This document shows positions 38,297 through 48,427 of a stretch of DNA of 64,000 bases, piece after piece. Position numbers and translations under genes: made by a program. How positions within the stretch are numbered: position 1 is the first letter of the stretch; every line of letters starts with the position of its first letter. Source of the stretch: an uncultured Lachnospiraceae bacterium (GTDB lineage: Bacteria; Bacillota; Clostridia; Christensenellales; UBA1242); NCBI GenBank assembly GCA_964653635.1, contig CAZZGZ010000001.1, positions 73,986 through 137,985 on the forward strand. The letters run 5' to 3'. The notes beneath the pieces were generated by a model. The model searched no databases. It was not told the DNA's origin and saw only the letters and a program-made list of their open reading frames with translations.

Positions 38297-38449
38297 CATA
38301 GTTTCTACGTATTATGATTTGCAATAATGTTTTAATATAGTCTTATAGCTCAAATCTTTGTAAAACTCAATATTCAAAACAAAATGTTTAAGATATAACG
38401 AGAAACGACAATAAATACACAAGTACTTATATATGCAATAGATTTAATA

Positions 38450-40462
38450 TCATATCAATTTATAAAATTCTTCCTCAGAAATAACTTTAATACCTAACGC
38501 CTTTGCTTTTTCAAGTTTACTCCCCGCCTCTTGCCCTGCAAGGACGTAGTCAGTAAGTTTAGAAACCGAACTCTGACACATACCGCCATTTTTATCAATT
38601 ATGTCAACAAAATAAGAGCGTGGCTTAGAGAGTGTGCCAGTAATCACTATTTTAAGCCCAGCAAGTTTATGACTTATTAGTTCTTCCTGTTCTAAAACTT
38701 CTACACCTAAACTAAGCAACCTTTTTATTTCCGATAGATTGACTTCATCTTTGAAAAAGTTTACAATGTTCCCAGCCACCACCTCGCCAATATCATCTAT
38801 AGCGGTTAACTCATCAGGTGTAGCATTTTTAAGTTTAGTTAGATTTTTAAATTTTTTTGCAATTTCCCTTGCAGTCTTTTCTCCAACTTCTGCAATTCCA
38901 AGTGCAAATAAAAATCTTGAAAAGTCAACTTTTTTTGAATTTTTTATACTTTTTTCTAAATTTTTTGATTTTTTTTCTTTAAATTTTTCAAGTTTCAAAA
39001 AATCTTCGTGGGTGTAGGTATACAAATCAGATGGCATTTTAAAACCTAAAACTTCATGTAATGCCTCTGCTGTTTTTGACGAAAAACCCTCAATGTTCAT
39101 AGCATTTCTACTAGCAAAATGTACAGCCCTGTCTATTATCTGCTCCAAACAACCAAGCTTGTTAGGACAATATAATAACATATTTTCTTGCATAAGTTCA
39201 GAGCCACAACAAGGGCAATATTTTGGAGCAGTTATCTCTTTTGCATTACTTACCTTTTCCACACAACCAAGCACCTCTGGAATAACTTCATTGCTCCTTC
39301 TTATAAGAACACGTGAACCAATACTAAGTTCCTTTCTCTTTATGTCATCAATATTATTTAATGTAGCACGGGATATATTTGCACCTGCAAGTTCAACAGG
39401 TTCTAAAATTGCAATAGGTGTCACTCTGCCAGTCCTACCCACCTGCCACTTTACATCTAGCAATGTTGTGGAAACCTCTGTCGCCTCGAACTTATAAGCC
39501 ATAGCCCATTTTGGAAATTTTGATGTGAAACCTATCTCATTACGATATGCAGTGTTATTAATTTTAATCACCATTCCATCTATGTCTATATCTAAATCAT
39601 TTTTAGTCTTGCCAACCTTATTTATTAAATCAATTACTTGCTCTACAGTAGTGCATATTTCAAAAAAATCGCCAACATTGAAGCCATTCTCCATCAAAAA
39701 GTTATGCATCGACTCTTGCGTCAAAAAAGACTCATCACAATATATTATTGAGTAACAAAAAAAAGTAAGTCTACGTTTTGCAGTCTCTTTAGGGTCAAGA
39801 TTTCGTATCGCACCTGCCACGCCATTACGAGTATTTTTCAGTTTAATAGGAGCAGTTCTGTTGAATATGTCAAGTGCTTTTTTTGTCATCATACCTTCAC
39901 CTTGAACGATGAGTCTACCTTTATATTTGATGTCAAGTGGTACTGTAGGTATCGTCTTTACTTGCATAGTAACATCTTCTCCTACAATTCCATTTCCCCG
40001 AGTTGTTGCTCTGACAAAAGCTCCATTTTCATATTCTAGAACTAATTGTAATCCGTCATATTTATATTCAAGAGCAAAGTCTGTTTTAGGATCAACATTT
40101 CTCATCTGCACCATCCACTTCTCAAGTTCGGGAAAAGATCGAACCTTTGATAAGCTATATAGTTTATACTCATGTCTATGCTTCACAAAGCCAGACAAAA
40201 CTTCACCCCCTACTCTTTGTGTAGGCGAATTTGGAAGAATAGTAGAAGTCCTTTTTTCAATTTCAACTAGTTCATCATAAACTTTATCATACTCTCTATC
40301 AGAAACTATTGGATTGTCCAAAGTATAATAGTTGTAATTATACTTTTCAATAAGCGATATAAGTTCTCTCATTCTTTCTACATCATTTTGACTTACCATA
40401 TCATTTTTACTTTTTTTATTATTTTTTTCAAAAAAATCATAATTTTTTGAGTTTTTTTTCAC
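38450..40462 (-). CDS. ligA: NAD-dependent DNA ligase
   Basis: Adenylation motif with the KYDG lysine (EYKYDGLQ), a four-Cys Zn finger (CPCCGSEL...CPN..C), HhH repeats and a BRCT tail. GTG start at 40462 with a GGAGAG RBS. Confidence 0.95.
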   Translation of the reverse strand: MKKNSKNYDFFEKNNKKSKNDMVSQNDVERMRELISLIEKYNYNYYTLDNPIVSDREYDKVYDELVEIEKRTSTILPNSPTQRVGGEVLSGFVKHRHEYKLYSLSKVRSFPELEKWMVQMRNVDPKTDFALEYKYDGLQLVLEYENGAFVRATTRGNGIVGEDVTMQVKTIPTVPLDIKYKGRLIVQGEGMMTKKALDIFNRTAPIKLKNTRNGVAGAIRNLDPKETAKRRLTFFCYSIIYCDESFLTQESMHNFLMENGFNVGDFFEICTTVEQVIDLINKVGKTKNDLDIDIDGMVIKINNTAYRNEIGFTSKFPKWAMAYKFEATEVSTTLLDVKWQVGRTGRVTPIAILEPVELAGANISRATLNNIDDIKRKELSIGSRVLIRRSNEVIPEVLGCVEKVSNAKEITAPKYCPCCGSELMQENMLLYCPNKLGCLEQIIDRAVHFASRNAMNIEGFSSKTAEALHEVLGFKMPSDLYTYTHEDFLKLEKFKEKKSKNLEKSIKNSKKVDFSRFLFALGIAEVGEKTAREIAKKFKNLTKLKNATPDELTAIDDIGEVVAGNIVNFFKDEVNLSEIKRLLSLGVEVLEQEELISHKLAGLKIVITGTLSKPRSYFVDIIDKNGGMCQSSVSKLTDYVLAGQEAGSKLEKAKALGIKVISEEEFYKLI

Positions 40463-40484
40463 TTTTTCTCTCCAAATTTATTAT

Positions 40485-42620
40485 TTATTCCTCTATTTCT
40501 AAAGGTGCAAATTCCAACATTAAACTCTTCTGTCCAAAATCTTCAAACTCTATATCTGCCACAAGACCATCATCACTTATTTGTGTTATTTTCCCATAGC
40601 CATATTTTGGATGAAAGACCTTTTGAAATGGCTTAAATTTTGAAATCTTGTCAATAGTTTTATCTATATCCTTTTCAATTTTAGATGTTCCTAATTTATC
40701 ATAAATACTAATGGTAGGCTTAACTAGACCCAACTCTTTTAAAAATCTACTTGGATTTTGCATTGAGCTTTTCCCATACATAAATCTACGCTCTACGTAT
40801 GTCAAATATAAAAATTCCTCCGCACGTGTAAGTGCCACGTACATCAATCTACGTTCTTCCTCCATATCAGCTCTATCATAAGCATGTTTTGACGGGAAAA
40901 TCTGCTCCTCTAATCCAACTATAAATACAACTTTAAACTCTAACCCCTTTACTGAATGTATAGTCGCAATGTTTACTGCACCTTTTTCTTTTATATCATC
41001 AGTGTCAGATTGCAAGGTGATATTTTCCAAAAAGTCTTTTAGAGAAACTTTTTCACCCTTATCTTTAAATTCTTTAACTGATGAGAGAAAACTATCTATG
41101 TTTTCTAATTTTTCTTCATCTTCTGCCCCTCTAGATTTGTAAAAATCTTCAATTTCAAAAACATTTATCACTTTTTTTACAAATTGATAAATATCTAATT
41201 TTTCACATTCTTTTTGCATTTTTTTCACATTTTGAGTAAATTTTTCTAATTTAGTCTCTATTTTTTTATCATTAACCTTACCAGCCACCAACATGTCTAA
41301 GATTGTCATATTCAATTCTTTTGCATTATTTTGTAGTTTTTCTATTGTCGTTTCACCTATCCCCCTTCTCGGGAAATTGATAATTTTTAGTAAAGAAATT
41401 TGATCTTTGGGATTTACGAAAATTCTCAAATATGATATTATGTTTTTTATTTCTGATCTATCATAAAACTTATATCCACCATAAATTCTATGCGGTATTT
41501 TAGCTTCCAAAAAAGCCTCTTCAAAATTTCTACTTAATGAGTTTGCACGCATTAATACTGCTATATCATTATAATGATAACCAATACTTACAAATTTTTG
41601 TATTTGTTTAGCAACAAAACGAGCTTCCTCTTTTTCATTAGTTGCCTTATATACTGTTGGTAATTCACCATCAAAATTTTCTGTCCAAAGTTTTTTATCA
41701 AGTCTTTCGCTATTATTTTTGATAACTTTATTTGCCATCTCTAATATGTTTTTTGTAGAGCGATAGTTTCGTTCCAATTTAAAAACTTTAACATCTTCAA
41801 AATCATTACAAAGATTGAATATATTTCTAAAATTGGCACCACGCCACGAATAGATACATTGATCCTCGTCACCAACCACGAACAAGTTTTTATGCACAGA
41901 TATTAACCTTTTAACAAGTTCATATTGCACAAGGCTGGTGTCCTGAAATTCATCCACTAAAGTATACATATACCTATTTGAATAGGCATGTAATATTTCA
42001 GGAAAGGTATCAAAAAGTTCTAAAGTTTTTAAAAGCAAGTCATCAAAATCTAAGGCATTATTATTTTGTAATATTGACTCATATTCGGAGATTGCATTAA
42101 TTATATCATTAGCTCCATTAACTTTTTGATTTATAAGTTCACTAAAAAATACATTAAAGCTGATACCTGAATTTTTCCATGCTGATAAGTAATATTCTAT
42201 GTCTTTTCTAAGCCATTCATCCTTTTCATTATCCAATGATAATGATTGATACACTTGTTTTAGCACTTTTTCTTGATCATTCTCATTATATATGGTAAAA
42301 TTTTCATTGTAAGGAGGAATATTATAAATTTCTTTACGAAGAATTCTAAGACACAAGGAATGAAATGTTGATATTAACACATCACACACGCCCATATCCC
42401 TTAATCTTTCCTTCATTTCTTTACAGGCTTTGTTGGTAAAGGTGATAGCAAGTATTCGTTTTGGATCTACCCCCTTCTTTTCAATCAGGTACGCTACACG
42501 ATGTGTAAGTAATCTAGTTTTACCGCTTCCAGCCCCTGCCGTCACAAGAACAATCCCTTCAGTTGCATCAAGAGCCTTTTTCTGCTCGCTATTCAATGAA
42601 TTTTCATCATACTTAATCAT
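40485..42620 (-). CDS. pcrA: ATP-dependent DNA helicase PcrA/UvrD
   Basis: AGAGSGKT, TFTNKA, VDEFQDT, YRS, GLEF and VALTRA helicase motifs. Conserved pcrA-ligA order. Confidence 0.95.
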   Translation of the reverse strand: MIKYDENSLNSEQKKALDATEGIVLVTAGAGSGKTRLLTHRVAYLIEKKGVDPKRILAITFTNKACKEMKERLRDMGVCDVLISTFHSLCLRILRKEIYNIPPYNENFTIYNENDQEKVLKQVYQSLSLDNEKDEWLRKDIEYYLSAWKNSGISFNVFFSELINQKVNGANDIINAISEYESILQNNNALDFDDLLLKTLELFDTFPEILHAYSNRYMYTLVDEFQDTSLVQYELVKRLISVHKNLFVVGDEDQCIYSWRGANFRNIFNLCNDFEDVKVFKLERNYRSTKNILEMANKVIKNNSERLDKKLWTENFDGELPTVYKATNEKEEARFVAKQIQKFVSIGYHYNDIAVLMRANSLSRNFEEAFLEAKIPHRIYGGYKFYDRSEIKNIISYLRIFVNPKDQISLLKIINFPRRGIGETTIEKLQNNAKELNMTILDMLVAGKVNDKKIETKLEKFTQNVKKMQKECEKLDIYQFVKKVINVFEIEDFYKSRGAEDEEKLENIDSFLSSVKEFKDKGEKVSLKDFLENITLQSDTDDIKEKGAVNIATIHSVKGLEFKVVFIVGLEEQIFPSKHAYDRADMEEERRLMYVALTRAEEFLYLTYVERRFMYGKSSMQNPSRFLKELGLVKPTISIYDKLGTSKIEKDIDKTIDKISKFKPFQKVFHPKYGYGKITQISDDGLVADIEFEDFGQKSLMLEFAPLEIEE

Positions 42621-42690
42621 GCTTTTATTTTATCATAAACTGAAAAAAATTGGTAGTATTTTTAAATAAAAAAATAAAAGCTTTAAGCTT

Positions 42691-43572
42691 TTATTTTTCC
42701 ATACCATCTTCGCATTTAATTTGTGTATAGTTTTTATAATAATTTTCTAATTCTTTAGATAAAGCACGATTAGCAAGCTCCTGCAATAATTCTTTCTTTA
42801 ATCTGATAGAACGAGAAGGTAAACCAAAAATCTTGTCATAGTAATCCAAAGCTTTTGCAAGGTTAAATTGAACTAAAATATCGTCAGGGCTATCATTGTA
42901 TAACTTTGTCAAAAGTTTGATAAGAGTTGTTAGTTTAACTTTTAACTCCTTATTTAGACTAACATACTGCATATTCTTTCCACCAATGTATTTTTTTGCC
43001 TTTTCAATCAATTTATACGAATCTAAAAACATCATTAATTTTTCTGCTGTAAGCTCACAATAGGTTTCAAGTGCTGTGATATCTTTATGCTCACTTTCCC
43101 ATATTTGAAAAAAAGATTTTCTTAATTCTTCAAACTTTCTCATTGATGTCGTTTGTTCAATTTCGCCCATTAAATAATGAATATCACCTTTCGCAGGAGT
43201 AACTCTATAACTCTTTTGCAAGTAGATATCAGCTTTGCATAGTTTACAATTATTAAATAAGTCCATACTATCTAAAAATCTAATATTTGCTTCTTCGAGT
43301 TGTTTTTTAAAAGATTTTAAATCTTCATCTTCTTTAATTGCTTTACATACAAAATTATAATTTTTAGTCTTGTCATCAACACGTGCATCTATTACAGGAT
43401 TTGTTTCGTTTTCATCACTATAACGATACCACTCACCAACTGCCGAATCCTGTCCCATTTCTGCTAATTTTCTATAATATGTCTTTAAACTATTATCATC
43501 GCTTACCCAACCTGTAAGCTCTTTACATTTTAAAGTTATATAATCGTTGTCAAGACTATTTATACTTTCCAT
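42691..43572 (-). CDS. Hypothetical helical-repeat protein, paralog 1 (293 aa)
   Basis: Start at the ATG at 43572 (GGAGG RBS). Shares blocks with the upstream gene: SLDNDYI/DLDKDFI, LAEMGQDSAVGEWY/LAKLGQIDAIGNFY, ALETYCE/ALENYCE, VQFNLAKAL/IQFAYAKLL. Confidence 0.7.
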   Translation of the reverse strand: MESINSLDNDYITLKCKELTGWVSDDNSLKTYYRKLAEMGQDSAVGEWYRYSDENETNPVIDARVDDKTKNYNFVCKAIKEDEDLKSFKKQLEEANIRFLDSMDLFNNCKLCKADIYLQKSYRVTPAKGDIHYLMGEIEQTTSMRKFEELRKSFFQIWESEHKDITALETYCELTAEKLMMFLDSYKLIEKAKKYIGGKNMQYVSLNKELKVKLTTLIKLLTKLYNDSPDDILVQFNLAKALDYYDKIFGLPSRSIRLKKELLQELANRALSKELENYYKNYTQIKCEDGMEK

Positions 43573-43595
43573 AATTTCCTCCAACTACGCTTGCA

Positions 43596-43624
43596 TTATA
43601 TCATACTTGCAAAATAATGTCAAT
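43596..43624 (-). promoter_or_regulatory. Perfect sigma-A consensus promoter for paralog 1
   Basis: TTGACA - 17 nt (ending TGA) - TATAAT on the minus strand. Confidence 0.7.
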
Positions 43625-43644
43625 AGCCCAAACAAGGAAAATTT

Positions 43645-44517
43645 TTATAAATTATGAGTAACTTCGTTTTGCTTTTTTGAACTTAAAGAAAGTTGTAACA
43701 TTGCCGTATCGTTTAAAAATTGTTCTGCATGCAAATACTCATTTTTCGAAACATGCAGGTTATTCTTATCCATACAAATCAAAAGTTTCGCATAAGCAAA
43801 TTGAATAGCCATATCTTCTGGATTAGCCTTCAATTTTTCATGAAGCTCTTTATAACACTTTTTAAAACCTTCTTTCAGTACCTTTTCCTTTTTAAATATT
43901 GAATTTTGTAGACCCTCTTCACCTAGTTCCTCTTTGACTTTTTCTATCACTTCATAAAATTTATTCTTATCAGCATAATCGTTATATGAATACTCACAAT
44001 AATTTTCTAGTGCCAAAGGATCTCCATTTTCAACCCATAAATTCAAATACGTTTTTTTCGCTTCTTCACGCTTTTTAACCGAAGGTAGATGTTCATATCT
44101 ATCAATCAAATCACATAATTCCTTACATGCGTTAATCATTTGTTCTTTAAAACAATTTATTTCTTCACTATCAAGTCTATAATCAATACATACCTCTTGA
44201 TACTCTTTTAAAATTTCCCATAATCTACTAACAAATGTTCCATATTTTAGAAAATCTTCTCTATCTATCGTAAATCCTAATTTATTGGATAGTGCTAATA
44301 AATAATCAGCAGAACAATAATCGTCAAATGTTTGCAAAGATATTTCATCGATTTGTTTGCCTTTTAAGGCGTAAAAATTACCTATGGCATCTATTTGACC
44401 AAGTTTTGCAAGAGTAAAAAGCTCCTCATAAAAATTTTCATCGTTATAGTCCGTTAGAAATCTACTCCAAACAATAATAAAATCCTTATCCAAATCGGAA
44501 AGCGTTTTTTGAATCAT
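43645..44517 (-). CDS. Hypothetical helical-repeat protein, paralog 2 (290 aa)
   Basis: The start is moved to the ATG at 44517 (AAGGAG RBS 8 nt upstream). The longer ORF would begin inside its own promoter. Confidence 0.7.
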   Translation of the reverse strand: MIQKTLSDLDKDFIIVWSRFLTDYNDENFYEELFTLAKLGQIDAIGNFYALKGKQIDEISLQTFDDYCSADYLLALSNKLGFTIDREDFLKYGTFVSRLWEILKEYQEVCIDYRLDSEEINCFKEQMINACKELCDLIDRYEHLPSVKKREEAKKTYLNLWVENGDPLALENYCEYSYNDYADKNKFYEVIEKVKEELGEEGLQNSIFKKEKVLKEGFKKCYKELHEKLKANPEDMAIQFAYAKLLICMDKNNLHVSKNEYLHAEQFLNDTAMLQLSLSSKKQNEVTHNL

Positions 44518-44540
44518 TAAATTTTCTCCTTTTAGGGGAG

Positions 44541-44569
44541 ATTTTATCATTTTTTCTAAATGATGTCAA
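44541..44569 (-). promoter_or_regulatory. Consensus sigma-A promoter for paralog 2
   Basis: TTGACA - 17 nt (ending TGA) - TAAAAT on the minus strand. Confidence 0.65.
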
Positions 44570-44591
44570 GTCATAAAATTACTCATCGCCT

Positions 44592-44918
44592 TTATCCACG
44601 TTTCAACATTTCATGCTCATTTTCACGTTCGAGTTTATCTTTAAGCTTAGCAAATTTATCAATAGTTTCAAAAAGATATCGCTCCTTACCTTGTTCGTCT
44701 AATCCCCTAAGAATTTTTTCATCCATTAAAATCTTAAATGGATTTATAGTATCATCACTTAACAGTAAAGTTTTTGCTCTCATATTAAATTCCTCATCAT
44801 TTTCATCTATAAGCTTTATAGTGATTTCCTTTTGATGGGTTTGTGCAACCTTATTATGTTTATTTATCAATCGTTGCCTAGCACGAAACGCAACTTCACG
44901 TAATATATCTCTACTCAT
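44592..44918 (-). CDS. Hypothetical charged helical protein (108 aa)
   Basis: Start at the ATG at 44918 (MSRDILREV...) with an AAGGAG RBS. No motif recognised. Confidence 0.6.
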   Translation of the reverse strand: MSRDILREVAFRARQRLINKHNKVAQTHQKEITIKLIDENDEEFNMRAKTLLLSDDTINPFKILMDEKILRGLDEQGKERYLFETIDKFAKLKDKLERENEHEMLKRG

Positions 44919-45016
44919 AACCACTCCTTTTGATATAAGTATAAAACATACTATTAGTAAAAGTCTAATATACCACGGCACGAAAATTAGAGTAAAAAGA
45001 CGTTCATTGTCGAAAT

Positions 45017-46777
45017 TTATTCAACAGTTACAGATTTTGCAAGATTACGTGGTCTATCTGGATTCAATCCTAGTCTCAAAGCCACTTCTAAGGCAAAATA
45101 CTGAAAAGGTATCATGGATATTAATGGCAAAAAAATTTCGTTCACTTCGGTAAGTTTAAAGTATCCATAAAATCCTGCAAACAACTTTTCATCATATGGA
45201 CTTACCACAAAGACTTTTCCTCCACGTGCTTTAACTTCTTCCATATTGGATAGAGATTTGTCTAACAATTTTTTCTCTGTTAATATCGCAAAAATTAAAC
45301 TCTTTTCATCCACAAGTGCAAGTGTGCCATGCTTTAATTCGCCTGCTGGCACAGCAATACAATTAATGTAAGAAATTTCTTTTAATTTCAAACTAGCCTC
45401 TTTACATGTTATATAATCAACACCTCTTCCTATAAAAAAAATTTTATCAAATTTATTCATATCATCATAGTTAATCTGTAAATGTTGCATTGAATAAGTA
45501 TTTAAAAGCTCATCAAGTGCCAAAATGAAATATTTACTTTGTTCACACATTGAAAAAATTAAACACAAAATAGCCACGCATTGACAAGTGTATGCCTTTG
45601 TCGATGCAACAGCAATTTCTCTACCTGCATATATGGGTAAAACAAACTTGCACGCCTTTGCAAGCATTGAATACTCAACATTTGTTACTGCGATTGTATC
45701 AAAATTTGAAAGTATATTTGCACATGCAATAGTATCAGCAGTTTCCCCACTCTGACTTACTAGGATATATAAAACATCATCCTTTAAGATATTATCTGCA
45801 TACCTAAATTCACTTGCAATGTGTGCCGATGCAGAAACTCGCAAATATTTTTGTGTCATATAAGCTCCAAACATACAGACGTGATATGCTGTTCCACATC
45901 CTATGAAGGATATATGAATATAATTTTTTTTACTAACATTTTTTAAAAAGTCAATTTTTTCAAGTTTTAACCTTTCAAGTTTCAGAGCAATTAATGTTTC
46001 TTCTATTTCAGCTCTCATAATACATGAATTATTATTTTTTTTGAAATTATCATTAAAATTATCAATTTTTTTACTTTTTTTTGCTATTTTTTGCAGTTTT
46101 TTATCAAAAAATGAAATCTTACTTTTTTCAAGTACTGCAATTTCATTATCATCTAGACTATAATAATTTTTGTATTCATTTGAAAATGTTATCACATCCG
46201 AACTTACACTTTTTATTTTATAACTACTTGCAACATAGAGAGGACTCTTATTTTTTGCTACGTATATTTTTTCTTCGTCATTAAATATTACTGCAATAGC
46301 AAAACTCCCTTCAAGTTGCTCAAGAGCCAATGAAATACCCTCCAAATATGAAGATGTTTTGTTGCAACTTTGCTCAATTAAAACAGCTATTACTTCTGTG
46401 TCAGTTTGCGAATAAAAGGAGTACCCTTTTTCTATCAAATTTTGCTTAAGAATTTTATAATTTTCAATTATTCCATTATGCACGACAGCAATTTTTTTAT
46501 TATTAGACATATGAGGATGAGCATTTGTTTCATTTGCTTCGCCGTGAGTCGCCCACCTTGTATGTCCTATCATAACACTCGTTGAAAATCCTTTTTGAGC
46601 AAGAATTGTGTCCTTTAAATTTTTTATCACACCTACCCTTTTCACACACTCGATTTTATCACCATTAAGAAAAGCAACTCCTGCCGAATCATAACCTCGA
46701 TACTCTAATTTTTCAAGCCCTGAAATTACTTGATCTTTTAACTCATACTTACTAATATAACCACATATTCCACACAT
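45017..46777 (-). CDS. glmS: Glutamine--fructose-6-phosphate aminotransferase
   Basis: The MCGI N-terminal nucleophile, GHTRWATHG, two SIS domains and the C-terminal ...LAKSVTVE. Confidence 0.95.
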   Translation of the reverse strand: MCGICGYISKYELKDQVISGLEKLEYRGYDSAGVAFLNGDKIECVKRVGVIKNLKDTILAQKGFSTSVMIGHTRWATHGEANETNAHPHMSNNKKIAVVHNGIIENYKILKQNLIEKGYSFYSQTDTEVIAVLIEQSCNKTSSYLEGISLALEQLEGSFAIAVIFNDEEKIYVAKNKSPLYVASSYKIKSVSSDVITFSNEYKNYYSLDDNEIAVLEKSKISFFDKKLQKIAKKSKKIDNFNDNFKKNNNSCIMRAEIEETLIALKLERLKLEKIDFLKNVSKKNYIHISFIGCGTAYHVCMFGAYMTQKYLRVSASAHIASEFRYADNILKDDVLYILVSQSGETADTIACANILSNFDTIAVTNVEYSMLAKACKFVLPIYAGREIAVASTKAYTCQCVAILCLIFSMCEQSKYFILALDELLNTYSMQHLQINYDDMNKFDKIFFIGRGVDYITCKEASLKLKEISYINCIAVPAGELKHGTLALVDEKSLIFAILTEKKLLDKSLSNMEEVKARGGKVFVVSPYDEKLFAGFYGYFKLTEVNEIFLPLISMIPFQYFALEVALRLGLNPDRPRNLAKSVTVE

Positions 46778-46831
46778 ATATTTCTCCTTCGAATATATAA
46801 ACTTATGTTTAACTAATTAAGAATGTGCTAA

Positions 46832-47089
46832 CTAAACCTGTTTAAGAATCCTTTGCCCATTTTGAAAAATAATCTTAAAAAAACCTTTAAAAGAGTTTAG
46901 ATTTGATTTACTTAAAATTTTTTTAGCATCATCTAAGTATGAAGAACAAAATTTTACAGAAATGCCACAAGTACGAGCAAGAGATTGTGGTGTCGAAATG
47001 ACTGCACTGGGTATTTTAGAGTTTTTTAACATACTTGCAAATGCAAGTGTTTCACTACGTGACAAAAAGATAGCAATAATATAATCCAT
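46832..47089 (-). CDS. DUF3343-family small protein (putative S/Se carrier-like)
   Basis: DYIIAIFLSRSETLAFASMLKNSKIPSAVISTPQSLARTCGISVKF fits the DUF3343 pattern with its conserved Cys. The ATG at 47089 is preferred on RBS spacing. Confidence 0.7.
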   Translation of the reverse strand: MDYIIAIFLSRSETLAFASMLKNSKIPSAVISTPQSLARTCGISVKFCSSYLDDAKKILSKSNLNSFKGFFKIIFQNGQRILKQV

Positions 47090-47142
47090 ATTCACCATTT
47101 CCTCATATTTTTATTATATTGTTATAAAAGGAAAACGTGAAA

Positions 47143-48285
47143 ATGAGTAGTATTTACTTAGACAACAGCGCAACAACTATCTACAAGCCAAAAATAGTAA
47201 TCAAAGCAGTAGAAGAAGCATTAACAAATTACAGTGCAAATCCTGGACGTGGCGGGCATCGTGAAAGTATAAAAGCCGGCATGAAAGTTTACGAAACACG
47301 AGAAAAAGTTGCACGCTTTGTAGGTGAAAGCAACCCACTAAATGTCATCTTCGGTTATAACTGTACGGAATGTCTGAATATGGCAATTTTTGGTACAGCA
47401 AAACATGGACATGTAATCTGTACTGAAAATGAGCATAACTCTGTATTAAGACCATTGGAAAAATTAGCAAATGATGGCTTGATATCATATTCTGTCGTCA
47501 AACAACCTAAAAACAGAGCAATCTCACGTTCAGATATAGAGCCTCATCTCCGTCCCGATACTTATCTTATCATCTGCAATCATGTGTCAAATGTTAATGG
47601 TGATATGTGCGACGTTCAATCCATTGGAAGTCTTGCTCGAGAAAAACATCTTTTGTTTTTAGTGGACATGGCACAAAGCTGTGGACATTTAAAAATGGAC
47701 ATGGAAAAATTTGGAGTCAGCATGGTGGCTCTTGCTGGTCACAAGGGACTATACGCAATGCAGGGTATTGGAGTCTTAGTTATTTCGAATGGAATAGTTT
47801 TATCTCCACTAATTTTTGGTGGAACTGGTACAAATTCAGAAGAACTAATACAACCAGTTAATAGCCCCGAACGATACGAATCTGGTACCCTTTCCGTTCC
47901 TGCAATAATGTCCCTTTCAGCCGGCATTGATTTTGTACTAGAAAACGGAGATTTTATAAAACATAAAATTGATGATTTACAAACTTATTTACACTACGAG
48001 CTTTCAAAACTTCCACTTGAAATCTACACAAATCCGGACAACACCAACGGCGTTTTCGCTTTTAACTTTAATGAATATAATTCTGATGAAGTTGCTAACT
48101 ATTTGAGCGAAAAGCATGGAATCTGTGTTAGAAGTGGATTACACTGTGCACCACTTAAACATAAAGCACTTGGCACATTGGAGAAAGGTGCAATACGAGT
48201 TTCTCTTGGAATAAATAATACTTTTTCAGATTTAGAACACTTCGTCTCTTGCATTAAACACATAAATAAGCATGGCTCACTTTAA
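47143..48285 (+). CDS. Class V aminotransferase / cysteine desulfurase
   Basis: IYLDNSATT start, a PLP-lysine region (AGHKGLY) and an active-site loop (RSGLHCAP). Confidence 0.88.
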   Translation: MSSIYLDNSATTIYKPKIVIKAVEEALTNYSANPGRGGHRESIKAGMKVYETREKVARFVGESNPLNVIFGYNCTECLNMAIFGTAKHGHVICTENEHNSVLRPLEKLANDGLISYSVVKQPKNRAISRSDIEPHLRPDTYLIICNHVSNVNGDMCDVQSIGSLAREKHLLFLVDMAQSCGHLKMDMEKFGVSMVALAGHKGLYAMQGIGVLVISNGIVLSPLIFGGTGTNSEELIQPVNSPERYESGTLSVPAIMSLSAGIDFVLENGDFIKHKIDDLQTYLHYELSKLPLEIYTNPDNTNGVFAFNFNEYNSDEVANYLSEKHGICVRSGLHCAPLKHKALGTLEKGAIRVSLGINNTFSDLEHFVSCIKHINKHGSL

Positions 48286-48360
48286 AAATTATAAAATTAT
48301 GCGTTTATTAAAATCATATAAACTCACAACCTAGTTTAACTATAAATATAATAAAAATGA

Positions 48361-48379
48361 AAGTTGGTTATGCCAACTT
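48361..48379. terminator. Hairpin terminator shared by the convergent desulfurase and spoIVA genes
   Basis: AAGTTGG - ttatg - CCAACTT with flanking A/T runs. Confidence 0.55.
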
Positions 48380-48390
48380 TCATACAACAT

Positions 48391-48427
48391 GTTGTAGTAT
48401 TATGCGCATATTACATGCTATATTTTA
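48391..48427 (-). repeat. AT-rich quasi-palindromic element, copy E
   Basis: gttgtagtattatgcgcatattacatgctatatttta. Starts directly after, and overlaps, the spoIVA stop at 48425-48427. Confidence 0.65.

Noticed and set aside
45008-45014. Exact Spo0A box TGTCGAA just after the glmS stop
   Set aside because: A single heptamer is expected several times by chance in 64 kb. It has no partner box and no sporulation gene context.
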